53,429 bases of DNA from an uncultured Anaerolineales bacterium (GTDB lineage: Bacteria; Planctomycetota; Phycisphaerae; FEN-1346). The notes beneath the pieces are model-generated. The model saw nothing but the letters and a program-made list of their open reading frames with translations, ran no database searches and had not been told where the DNA came from. Below are positions 28,685 to 37,646 of the stretch, one piece after another. How positions within the stretch are numbered: the stretch's first letter is position 1; each line of letters begins with the position of its first letter. The stretch spans positions 15,804 to 69,232 of the forward strand of contig CAZNYC010000004.1 in NCBI GenBank assembly GCA_964577175.1, read 5' to 3'. The position numbers and the translations under genes were made by a program.

Positions 28685-29147
28685 CTTGCTCCCTCTGACC
28701 CGGCGGCACGGGCTGGTTCAGCAGCAGCCAGTACAGCCCCAGGTCATGGACCGCCTTCGCGAACTTCTCGAACTTCACCGGCTTGGTGACATAACTGTTG
28801 CAGCCGTTCTTGTACCCTTCAATCATATCGGCTTCTTCGGTGGAGGAGGTGAGGATGACGACGGGGAGGAGCCGGGTCCGCTCGTCGGCCCGGATGGCCT
28901 TCAGGACCTCGTGGCCGTCCACCTTCGGCAGTTTCAGGTCCAGCAGGACGACTTGCGGCAGGTCGTCCGGGTCGCGGTCGGCGTAGTCGCCCCGGCAGAA
29001 GAGGTAATCGAGCGCCTCCGCGCCGTCGGTCGCCACGACGATCTCGTTCCGCAGATTGTTTGATTGGAGAGCCCGGATGGTCAGGTCGCGGTCGTCGGGG
29101 TCGTCCTCGACGAGCAGGATCGTTTTGGTGTCGGGGGTGCCGGACAT
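28677..29147 (-). CDS. Single-domain response regulator (Rcp1-like)
   Basis: ILLVEDDPDD, LLDLKLPKVDG, LTSS, NSYVTKPV and LGLYWLLLN. Confidence 0.93.
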   Translation of the reverse strand: MSGTPDTKTILLVEDDPDDRDLTIRALQSNNLRNEIVVATDGAEALDYLFCRGDYADRDPDDLPQVVLLDLKLPKVDGHEVLKAIRADERTRLLPVVILTSSTEEADMIEGYKNGCNSYVTKPVKFEKFAKAVHDLGLYWLLLNQPVPPGQREQDG

Positions 29148-29167
29148 GGAATGATCTCCTCCGTGGT

Positions 29168-31240
29168 TCAGGTGAGTGTGAAATAGAAGGCGGCGCCTTG
29201 GCCGGGACGGCCTTCGGCCCAGACCTGCCCGCCGTGCCGGTGGACGATCCGCTGGACGGTGGCGAGGCCGACGCCCGTCCCCGGAAACTCCTCCCGTCCG
29301 TGCAGCCGCTGGAACACCCGGAACAACTTGTGCGCGTACGTCGGGTCGAAGCCGACGCCGTTGTCCTCGACGGCGAAGACGGGCCGGCCGTCGGCGCCGG
29401 CGGCCTGGGCCTCTTCGTCGGAGAGGCGGCGGAAGGTGATCCGGGCCGGCCCCGCGGGGCGCGTGAACTTCCAGGCGTTCTCCAGCAGGTTCTGCATCAC
29501 CTGGCCCAGCAGGCGCGGGTCGCCCTCGACCGTCAGGCCGTCCTGGACGTCGGTCTCGACCTCGCGGTCGGGCTCGGTTTCGTGGAGGTGGGTAAGGATT
29601 GCCTGGGTCTCGGCCGACAGGTCCACGGTCTCGTGACGCATCTCGGCGCGCGTGGCGCGGGAGAGGGTCAGCAGGTCGTCGATGAGCGTGCTCATCCGCT
29701 GGGCGCCCGCCCGGATCCGCCCGAGGTAGTCCCGGCCGGTCTCGTCGAGCGCCTCGGCGTACTCGTCGAGCAGGGCTTCGCTGAAGCCGTCCATCGACCG
29801 CAGCGGCGCCCGCAGGTCGTGCGAGACGGAGTAGGCGAACGCCTCGAGTTCCCGGTTTGCGGCCGCCAGTTCCACCGTCCGCCGGCGGACGCGCTCTTCG
29901 AGTTCGGCTGCCAGTTGCCGGACCTCCGCCTCGGCTTCCTTCCGCTGGGTGACGTCGGCCGCCATGCTGATGACGACGCGGCGACCGCCGGGCAGCGGCG
30001 GCAGGGGGGCGCTCGAAAAATCCCAGACCCGCTCCGACCCGTCCCGGCACGTGACCGTGTATTCGCCCTCGTCGAGCGCCCGGTCGAGGTCGTACAGGCG
30101 GTCGATGTCGGCCCGGACGCTTCCCTTCCGCTCGCCGTACGCCTTCTCCGTCCAGTCGGCCATGGTGGGGATGTCGGCCAGGGCGTAGCCGGTGATCTCC
30201 GTCCAGGCCTGGTTGACCGTCAGGACCTCGCCGTCCTCGGCGTGGAGCATGACGGGGTAGGGGGCGTCCGCGATGGCCCGGCGGAACCGTTCCTCGCTCT
30301 CGCGGAGGGCCTGCTCGGCCTCGCGGCGTTCGGTGATGTCCGTGCCGTAGACGTTGACGTAACCGGTGTCGGAGACGGGGGCGAACCGCAGGGCGTACGT
30401 GCGGTCGGCGTGGGCGGCCTCGATGCGGCGGACGTCGCCGGCCGCCAGGGCCTGACGCACCTCCGCCCGCCACGTCTCGGGGGCCGGCCGGTCCGGCCCG
30501 GAATCCAGACCCGCCAGCATCGCCTCGGCCGCCGCGTTGGCGTACAGGACCTTGCCGTCGTCGGCGATGCGGAGGACGGGAGCGGGATTCTCGGCGGGGA
30601 ACCGGGCCAGGCTCTCAATCTGCTGCTCGGCCTCGCGCCGGTCCGTCACATCCAGGGCCGATTCCACCACGCCGATCACCCGCCCTGCGTCGTCTCGCAC
30701 GGGACAGGCCGAGACGGACCACACGCGGCCCTCCGGCGCGGGCACTTCGCCGGTGCAGGGCTCGCCCGTGCGCAGGGCCTCTCGGACGGGGCATTCCCTG
30801 CACGGCTCGGCGAGCCCGTGATGGACCTCGTGGCATCGGCGTCCGAGCAGTTCGGTCCGGCGGGCCTCGGCGTGTTCCATGGCGGCACGGTTCGCCCACC
30901 GGATCACGAGGTCCGTGTCCTGGTAGGTGACAATCTCGGCGAGGCTGTCGAGGATGGAGACCTTCCCGCGTTCCGACGCCTCCAGGGTCTGCTTGCTCCG
31001 GCGGAGGGCGTCCTCCGCCTTCCGGCGCCGCCGGATGTGCCACCCCATTGCCCCACCAACGACCAGGAGGGTCACGAGGATGAGCGACCGCACGTAGAGT
31101 TCGTGCGGGGGGATATCCAGCACCAGGAGGTCGAGGAACGGTGCAGGGTGGAAGAAGTAGAACGTCATCGCAGCGTCGGCCACCCAGAGGGCCAGACCGA
31201 TGCCTGCGAACAACAGGAACAGCCGAGGTCCCGCCTTCAT
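29168..31240 (-). CDS. Membrane-bound multi-PAS sensor histidine kinase
   Basis: Two N-terminal TMs, three PAS domains, ELEAFAYSVSHDLRAPLR, NLLENAWKF, DNGVGF and FQRLH..GTGVGL. Confidence 0.92.
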   Translation of the reverse strand: MKAGPRLFLLFAGIGLALWVADAAMTFYFFHPAPFLDLLVLDIPPHELYVRSLILVTLLVVGGAMGWHIRRRRKAEDALRRSKQTLEASERGKVSILDSLAEIVTYQDTDLVIRWANRAAMEHAEARRTELLGRRCHEVHHGLAEPCRECPVREALRTGEPCTGEVPAPEGRVWSVSACPVRDDAGRVIGVVESALDVTDRREAEQQIESLARFPAENPAPVLRIADDGKVLYANAAAEAMLAGLDSGPDRPAPETWRAEVRQALAAGDVRRIEAAHADRTYALRFAPVSDTGYVNVYGTDITERREAEQALRESEERFRRAIADAPYPVMLHAEDGEVLTVNQAWTEITGYALADIPTMADWTEKAYGERKGSVRADIDRLYDLDRALDEGEYTVTCRDGSERVWDFSSAPLPPLPGGRRVVISMAADVTQRKEAEAEVRQLAAELEERVRRRTVELAAANRELEAFAYSVSHDLRAPLRSMDGFSEALLDEYAEALDETGRDYLGRIRAGAQRMSTLIDDLLTLSRATRAEMRHETVDLSAETQAILTHLHETEPDREVETDVQDGLTVEGDPRLLGQVMQNLLENAWKFTRPAGPARITFRRLSDEEAQAAGADGRPVFAVEDNGVGFDPTYAHKLFRVFQRLHGREEFPGTGVGLATVQRIVHRHGGQVWAEGRPGQGAAFYFTLT

Positions 31241-31490
31241 CGTCCCCACCCCACGGCGGCTGGCGCCGATGTGTTTCCCCCCAGGTGCCAATCAACCGGC
31301 AGTCGCTCGAAGGCCGTCCCCGGCGAAGTGAAGTCGGAACGGCCTTGCTTGTCGGGACAATGTGTATTGCGTCGCAGTTCGAAGCGGGGTTCAGGGCGGC
31401 GCAATCACCCTTTGCATCCACTATAGCATAGACCAGGCGGATTGCAAGGGAATCATCGGGATACCGGCCGAGCCCCGCTCAGTCAAGAAT

Positions 31491-32207
31491 CTACAGGCTG
31501 CCCGCGCCGGGAAGCCTTATCTGACGGACGGCTGCACGTACGTCCTCGCCGACGATGCCCGCCCGGAAGTCCGTGGCCGGGTCCTCCGGCACGAGGCCGA
31601 GGACGGCCGCGCCGGTCACCCGCTGGATTTCATCGGGGTTGGTCAGTTCGGCCACATCTTCGGTGTCGCGGTCGTAGCGGTTGATGAGGATGCCCGCGAC
31701 CTCCAGCCGCCGCGACCGCAGCACCTCCACCGTCATGGCCGTGTGGTTGATGGTCCCGAGCCCCGGCCGCGCCACCACCAGGACGGGCAGGTTGAAGCGG
31801 CGGGCGAGATCGGCCACGGTCTGACGCGGCGTGACGGGGCACAGGGCGCCGCCGATGCCCTCGATGAGCATCACGTCATGCGCCTGCCGAAGACGGTGCC
31901 AGGACGCCCAGACGGGATGGAGGTCGACCTCGCGTCCGGCCCGGGCGGCGGCGACCGTCGGGGCGAGGGGCTCGGCGAACCGGACCGGCGAAATCTCCGC
32001 GAGCGGTTCGGGGGCGTCGGCCACCTTCGCCAGGAACTCCGCGTCCGGCGACACCAGCCCCTCCCGCCGCCGCTCGCACCCCGTGGCGACGGGCTTCATC
32101 ACGCCCACGTCCGTGCCGCGATCGCGCAGGACCGATGCCAGGGCACCCGTCACGACGGTCTTGCCGACGTCGGTGTCCGTCCCCGTGATGAAGTAGCCGG
32201 CGGTCAT
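31491..32207 (-). CDS. bioD: Dethiobiotin synthase
   Basis: FITGTDTDVGKT, KPVATG, IEGIGG and LGTINHT. Confidence 0.95.
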   Translation of the reverse strand: MTAGYFITGTDTDVGKTVVTGALASVLRDRGTDVGVMKPVATGCERRREGLVSPDAEFLAKVADAPEPLAEISPVRFAEPLAPTVAAARAGREVDLHPVWASWHRLRQAHDVMLIEGIGGALCPVTPRQTVADLARRFNLPVLVVARPGLGTINHTAMTVEVLRSRRLEVAGILINRYDRDTEDVAELTNPDEIQRVTGAAVLGLVPEDPATDFRAGIVGEDVRAAVRQIRLPGAGSL

Positions 32208-32231
32208 GGGGTTGGCGTCCTTCGCCTGCCG

Positions 32232-32347
32232 GGTGCCACGGATTGCTCGCAATCCGTGCGCGGCGGGCAGGACTGCCCGCCTCACGGTGCCCACGACTGG
32301 ACACCCCGCTTGTTGGCAGCACCGATTGACAAGCAATCGGTGGCACC
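32232..32347. repeat. REP-like family B inverted pair between bioA and bioD
   Basis: GGTGCCACGGATTGCTCGCAATCCGTGC (32232-32259) and GCACCGATTGACAAGCAATCGGTGGCACC (32319-32347). Confidence 0.8.
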
Positions 32348-32356
32348 TGCGCAGTG

Positions 32357-33724
32357 TTACGTTGCCTCAGCGATGGCGTCCCGCGCGGTGTCGGTCAGGC
32401 GCTCGAGGTCGGCGTCGCTGATGCAGTACGGCGGCATGAGGATGACGACGTCGCCGAGGGGACGAATCCACACACCGCGACGGATCGCCGCTTCGCACGC
32501 CCGCGCCGCTCGCCGTTCGCCGGGCGGATACGGCTCGCGCGTGTCGCGGTCGGCCACCAGTTCGATGCCGACCATGACGCCGCGCCGGCGGACCTCGCCC
32601 ACGTGCGGCAGGGCGGCGACGGGGGCGAGCCCTTCGGCGAGGCGGTCTGCAATGGCCGAGACACGCGCGAGGACGCCGTCCGTCTCGAAGATACCGAGGC
32701 TCGCCACCCCCGCCGCGCACGCCAGCGCGTTGCCCGTGTACGTGTGGCCGTGGAAGAACGTCCGGTGCTCCGTATAATCACCGAGAAACGCATTGTAGAT
32801 GCGTTTCGTGGCCAGGGTGGCGGCCAGGGGCAGGTACCCGCCGCTGATGCCCTTGCCGAGGCAGAGGAGGTCCGGCCGCACGTCCTCGTGTTCGCAGGCG
32901 AAGAAACGCCCCGTCCGGCCGAAGCCGACCGCCACTTCGTCGGCGATGAGCAGCACCCCGCGGCGCCGGCAGGCGTCCGCCACACGCCGCAGGTACCCGT
33001 CCGGATGGGTGATCATCCCGGCCGCGCCCTGGACGAGCGGTTCGAGGATGACGGCGGCCACCCCGTCGCCCTCGTCCTCCAGGAGGTCTTCCATCGCCGC
33101 GGCGCACGCCAGGCCGCACGTTTCCGGCTTCTGGCCCAGCGGGCACCGGTAGCAGTACGGGGCGGGGGCGGCGAGCGTCTCGAAGAGCAGCGGCCCGTAC
33201 GTCTTGTGGAAGAGGTCGATGCCGCCCACGCTCACCGCCCCGAGCGTGTCGCCGTGGTACGCCTCGTCGAGGTGGACGAAACGGGTCCGCTGGGGCTGGG
33301 ACGGGTCGCACTGCTGCCAGTACTGGAACGCCATCTTGAGGGCGATCTCGACGGCCGTGGCGCCGGCGTCGGAGTAGAAGACGCGGGTCAGGTCGCCCGG
33401 CGCCCGCTGCGCCAGGCTCGCCGCCAACTCGACGGACGGCGGCGAGGCCAGGCCCAGCAGCGTCGAGTGGGCGATGCGGTCCAGTTGCCGCCGCACCGCC
33501 TCGTCGATCTCCCGCCGCCGATGCCCGTGCAGGTTGCACCACAGGCTCGAGACGCCGTCGAGGTACCGCCGGCCGTCGGTGTCCTCGAGATACGCGCCCT
33601 CGCCGGCGGCGATGACGATCGGGTCGCCCTGGACCCAGTCCGCCATCTGCGTGAACGGGTGCCACAGGTGGGCGCGGTCGAGGCGGCGGAGGCGGGATGT
33701 GCAGTCGGCGTCGGCGCTGGTCAT
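32357..33724 (-). CDS. bioA: Adenosylmethionine-8-amino-7-oxononanoate aminotransferase
   Basis: LWHPFTQM, DGVSSLWCNLHGH, YHGDT, IADEVAVGFGRTG, KGISGGYLP, HGHTYTGN and RPLG. Confidence 0.95.
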   Translation of the reverse strand: MTSADADCTSRLRRLDRAHLWHPFTQMADWVQGDPIVIAAGEGAYLEDTDGRRYLDGVSSLWCNLHGHRRREIDEAVRRQLDRIAHSTLLGLASPPSVELAASLAQRAPGDLTRVFYSDAGATAVEIALKMAFQYWQQCDPSQPQRTRFVHLDEAYHGDTLGAVSVGGIDLFHKTYGPLLFETLAAPAPYCYRCPLGQKPETCGLACAAAMEDLLEDEGDGVAAVILEPLVQGAAGMITHPDGYLRRVADACRRRGVLLIADEVAVGFGRTGRFFACEHEDVRPDLLCLGKGISGGYLPLAATLATKRIYNAFLGDYTEHRTFFHGHTYTGNALACAAGVASLGIFETDGVLARVSAIADRLAEGLAPVAALPHVGEVRRRGVMVGIELVADRDTREPYPPGERRAARACEAAIRRGVWIRPLGDVVILMPPYCISDADLERLTDTARDAIAEAT

Positions 33725-33731
33725 GGCGGCC

Positions 33732-34547
33732 TCACGGGGCGGGCGGCGGGTGGATGGTGAGGGGCGTGTCGATGCCCGCGCCGAGCCGGACGGCGGCGCT
33801 CTGCTGGTTCACGGCCACCTCGACGAGTCCCGCGCTGCCGATGTAGGCGAGCAGGATGCCGGGCGGCACGTCGCAGTAGGCGCGGCACAGGCCGCGCACA
33901 AGCGCCCCTTCGATGCGGAGTTCCACCTGCGACGGGTCGAGCCGCTCCAGCATCGAGCCGGGGACGTTCGTCACAAGGTTGCCGAACGGGTCCACGTACA
34001 GCACCCGGCCGTGGATGGTCCCGCCGTCGCGCTCCGGCAAGGGGAGGTCGACGCGGTCGAAGTCGTCGATGGCCGGGCCGAGGGACGCCAGGTCCACGCC
34101 GCCCGCCAGGGCCGCCGCCAGCGGGGCGAAGACGTCCCGCCCGTGGAACGTGCTGGAGACGTTCCGGCGGTAATGCCTCTCGTCCTCGACGGCCACGACG
34201 GTGGCGGGGCCGGCGTCCGGGCCGAAGAGCCGGCGGCCCTGGGCCACGAGCGTCAGGATGCCGTTGTCCGGCGCCACGTAGAGGTGCCCGTTGGCCTCGG
34301 CGGCCAGCACGCGCCGGGTTCCGCCGACGCCGGGGTCGACGACCGTCAGGTGGACCGTCCCTTCGGGGAAGGCCGGCACGGCCGCGGCCAGCATGAACGC
34401 CGCCGTCCGCACGTCGTGCGACGGGACGCCGTGGGTCAGGTCCACGAGACGGACGCCGGCCTGCCGTCCGAGGATGACGCCCTTCATCTGCGACGGGTAC
34501 GTGCTCTCGACGCCGAAGTCCGTAAGCAGCGTGATGATTGGGGCCAT
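33732..34547 (-). CDS. SAM hydrolase (DUF62, SAM hydroxide adenosyltransferase family)
   Basis: ITLLTDFG, VVDPGVGGTRR, APDNG, STFHGRDVFAP, DPFGNLVTN and EVAVN. Confidence 0.92.
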   Translation of the reverse strand: MAPIITLLTDFGVESTYPSQMKGVILGRQAGVRLVDLTHGVPSHDVRTAAFMLAAAVPAFPEGTVHLTVVDPGVGGTRRVLAAEANGHLYVAPDNGILTLVAQGRRLFGPDAGPATVVAVEDERHYRRNVSSTFHGRDVFAPLAAALAGGVDLASLGPAIDDFDRVDLPLPERDGGTIHGRVLYVDPFGNLVTNVPGSMLERLDPSQVELRIEGALVRGLCRAYCDVPPGILLAYIGSAGLVEVAVNQQSAAVRLGAGIDTPLTIHPPPAP

Positions 34548-34676
34548 GGGGCACCTCCTTGTGGGGCCCGATTATCGGGGCGGGCCGGGGGCGGGTCAAG
34601 AGAAGGGCGGTCCGCGGCGTTGACCCGGCCGCCGTCCGCCGGTAGCATGGGGCCGCCCGAGAATCGGAGGTGCCCT

Positions 34677-35642
34677 GTGCCGAGACGTGCCTGGTGGGTG
34701 GTGACGGTCGGCGCGATGATGGTCCTTGGCGGCTGCACGGCGCGGCCGCCGGCGCTTGCGCCCGCCGACCTGCCGCCGCCCGGGGCGATGGCGCTTCTCG
34801 CGCCGGCGGGTCCGGCGCCGGTCCCCGAGGCCGAACCCCTGCCGCGCCCCTCGCCCCCGCCGGCCGCCCCGTCCGCGGCAGGGCCCGAGCGGGTCGTCCT
34901 CGGCCGCAGCGTCGAGGGGCGGCCGCTCGTCCTCTATCGGTTCACCCGGTGGGGCGGTGGGCCGCTCGTCATCGGCGGCATCCACGGCAACGAGCCGACC
35001 AGCGCCGAGGTGGCTGAGCGCCTCGTCGCGCGGCTGGCCCGGAGCCCGGACGGCCGGGACGAGGCGCCGGTGGCCGTGCTACCCCGCGCCAATCCCGACG
35101 GTCTGGCGCGCGGCACGCGCGTCAACGCACGGGGCGTGGACCTGAACCGCAACTTCGCGTCGGCGAACTGGCGGCCGCGCCAGGTGGGGCACCCGCGGTT
35201 CGGCGGTCCGCGGCCGGAGAGCGAGCCGGAGACCCGCGCCATCCTCCGCGCCATCGGGATGACCGCGCCGGCGCGGATCGTCTCGATCCATTCCATCGGC
35301 GGCGGGAGGGAGTGCAACAACTTCGACGGACCCGCCGAGTACCTGGCCCGCGCCATGAGCGCCGAGAACGGATACCCGGTTGTGGCGAGCCTGGGCGCCT
35401 GCCGCGGCAGCCTCGGCAACTGGGCCGGCGTGGACCGCGAGGTGCCGATCGTCACCCTCGAATTGCCACGCAACCAACCCGGTCCGGAGGCGTGGGCGCG
35501 GAACCGGTCGGCCCTGATGGCGGTGATCCGGCCGGCACGGACGCCGCCGCGCCTGGCGGCCGATGTGCCCGACGACTCCGAGCGGCCGGCGGACCCCAAC
35601 GAAAAGGCGTCGCCCGTGGCCCGGGGGGCCGGGGGAGAATGA
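34677..35642 (+). CDS. M14 zinc carboxypeptidase, MpaA-like (DUF2817), probable lipoprotein
   Basis: LGGC lipobox, GRSVEGR, GGIHGNE, NPDG, DLNRNF, SEPET, SIHS and TLEL. GTG start behind GGAGG. Confidence 0.85.
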   Translation: MPRRAWWVVTVGAMMVLGGCTARPPALAPADLPPPGAMALLAPAGPAPVPEAEPLPRPSPPPAAPSAAGPERVVLGRSVEGRPLVLYRFTRWGGGPLVIGGIHGNEPTSAEVAERLVARLARSPDGRDEAPVAVLPRANPDGLARGTRVNARGVDLNRNFASANWRPRQVGHPRFGGPRPESEPETRAILRAIGMTAPARIVSIHSIGGGRECNNFDGPAEYLARAMSAENGYPVVASLGACRGSLGNWAGVDREVPIVTLELPRNQPGPEAWARNRSALMAVIRPARTPPRLAADVPDDSERPADPNEKASPVARGAGGE

Positions 35643-35758
35643 CGTGTCGGCGGGGGATGGTTCTCGGCCGACGGTGTGTCCCCCTCGGCCCCTCCCGCTC
35701 CCGTCAAGGGAGAGGACATAGGAATCGACCACGCGACGGAGACGGGCGTGCGAATGGA

Positions 35759-37477
35759 CTACTCACTGACGAGGTCGATCGCCGCCCAGTAGCCCGCCTC
35801 GTACATCCATCCGTCGGCGGCGTTGACGAGTTCCAGGTCGACGGTCTTGCCGGCCATCGGCGAGAGGTCCACCTCCACCGTCCGCCACAGGTCCTTGCAG
35901 GTTTTCCTGCTGATCTTCTGGCGGACGAGTTCCCTGTTATTCGCGCGGACGACGAGCGTCCAGTTGCCGCGCGGGTCGTGCCCGACGAGGAGGCGGAGGG
36001 TGGTCTTCCTGCCCCTGGGCACCTCGACCTCACGGACGAGCGAGCAGCCGACCTTCTCACTCAGCGGATGCGTGACGAGGACCTTCTCCTTGCCGCCCCA
36101 CTCGTCGCGCAGGCCGGGGTCCATGTCGGCGCCGCAGTTGACGGCCTTCCATCCCTTGGCAAAGGCGGCGACGGCGTCGGAAATGTCCTTTTTGGGGCAA
36201 CTGCGCACGGGCGGCGGCGGATGCTTGATCTTCTGCATCTCCGCGTCGGTGAACGTCGAGTTCGCAATCGGGCCGGGGTCGTACGATTTCATGAGGGCGC
36301 TGGGCTCCGGTGTCTCGACGGGGATGACGAAGACCTCCTTGCCGCCCGCCCCCTCGACCTTGCCGCCCATCGTCTTCAGCGCCTCGCGGACGAGGCCCTT
36401 GCATGTATCGATGAGTTTCGGGAAGGTGTACGGCGTGTGACTGAACGTGCCCTTCGGGTTCAGGGCCGAGACGTATTTCTCCGGCAGGTTCTCGAAGCCG
36501 ATGGTGGTGAAAAGGATGCCGGCGGCGTTGGAGGGGTTGCAGTCGGAGTCCTGGCCGCAGCGGGTCGAGATGAGGATCGTCTGGTCGGGGTCCCCCTTGC
36601 CGTAGAGCAGGCCCATCAGGATGTAGGCGCCGTTGAGTTTGGCGTCGATGCTGTAGTCGCCCTTGCCGCCGGGAGGGGAGCACAGGTCGTGCGCGTACGC
36701 CGGGTTCTTGTGGTACTTCTCCTCGATCCACTGCCAGGTCTTCTTCCAGTCATCGGGATTCTTCTCGTACCAGGCGAGGACGTCGCGGACCATCTCGGCG
36801 TACTGGCTCTCGGCGGGGATGCACCCGAGGCCCGCCTTCGCGACGGCGACCATGTCATCCGAGAAGAACGCTTCGGCATACATGCCGCCCACGAACTGGC
36901 CGGCGTAGACGCCGTCGCCGTAGTTCATGAGGCGTCCGAACGTCTCGCCGAGGCGGATGACGAGGTTCGGCATGCCGGGGGCGATGAGGCCCGCGTAATC
37001 GGCCTCGATCTGGTAATCGATGTCGTCGGCGTGCTGGTTGAACTGCGGGTGACCGGAGTCCGGCGGTGCGATGCCGCGCCGCAGGTTCGTCCGCCCCGCG
37101 TTGTTCGCGTGCCACAGCGGATAGCCGGAGTTGGCGAAGTCGATGCCCGCCTGCCGGATGGAACAGTCCAGGCCGTACTCGGCGAGCGTCTGGATGAACG
37201 TCAGTTCCACGTAGATGTCGTCCTGGTGGAACTGGTTGATCATCTCGGATTTCCACCGGGGCATCTCGTTTTCGGGGATGATCTCGCCGCGCTTCCGGAA
37301 CTCGGTGGGCCCGCCCCATCCGACGCCGGCCATCTGGCCGATCCAGCCCGCCTTCATCCGGCTGACGTATTCCTCCACGGGCAGGCGGCGGACCTTGTCC
37401 GCGCCCTCGGCGCCGGCGGCGGCGAGCAGCACGGCCAGGCCGGCAGCCACGAGCATCCATCGAGTAAACATACGCAT
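35759..37477 (-). CDS. Secreted ADP-ribosylglycohydrolase family protein with C-terminal beta-rich domain
   Basis: Signal peptide; GWIGQMAGVGWGGPTEF, QDDIYVE, IDYQIEAD and GQDSDCN. Confidence 0.85.
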   Translation of the reverse strand: MRMFTRWMLVAAGLAVLLAAAGAEGADKVRRLPVEEYVSRMKAGWIGQMAGVGWGGPTEFRKRGEIIPENEMPRWKSEMINQFHQDDIYVELTFIQTLAEYGLDCSIRQAGIDFANSGYPLWHANNAGRTNLRRGIAPPDSGHPQFNQHADDIDYQIEADYAGLIAPGMPNLVIRLGETFGRLMNYGDGVYAGQFVGGMYAEAFFSDDMVAVAKAGLGCIPAESQYAEMVRDVLAWYEKNPDDWKKTWQWIEEKYHKNPAYAHDLCSPPGGKGDYSIDAKLNGAYILMGLLYGKGDPDQTILISTRCGQDSDCNPSNAAGILFTTIGFENLPEKYVSALNPKGTFSHTPYTFPKLIDTCKGLVREALKTMGGKVEGAGGKEVFVIPVETPEPSALMKSYDPGPIANSTFTDAEMQKIKHPPPPVRSCPKKDISDAVAAFAKGWKAVNCGADMDPGLRDEWGGKEKVLVTHPLSEKVGCSLVREVEVPRGRKTTLRLLVGHDPRGNWTLVVRANNRELVRQKISRKTCKDLWRTVEVDLSPMAGKTVDLELVNAADGWMYEAGYWAAIDLVSE

Positions 37478-37516
37478 AGCGAGTCCTTTCTTCTTGCGCG
37501 ACTTGGCATCCACCGG

Positions 37517-37646
37517 TTAACACTACAACGCTAAGTGGGCGTTTTGCGCGGTGGGTCTGTGCACCCACCTCGCTCGAAATGCCTTTTCCAGGTCTGCGCG
37601 GCGGGTGCGGAGACCCGCCGCGCATGAGTTAGCGTTGTAGTGTTAA
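37517..37646. mobile_element. 130-bp MITE with perfect 18-bp inverted ends enclosing a family A REP doublet
   Basis: TTAACACTACAACGCTAA (37517-37534) and TTAGCGTTGTAGTGTTAA (37629-37646); REPs at 37546-37573 and 37596-37623. Confidence 0.85.

Noticed and set aside
33732-34547. Fluorinase/chlorinase
   Set aside because: Retains the Asp-Arg-His hydrolase triad motifs (VDPGVG..R, TFHGRD) typical of DUF62 SAM hydrolases.
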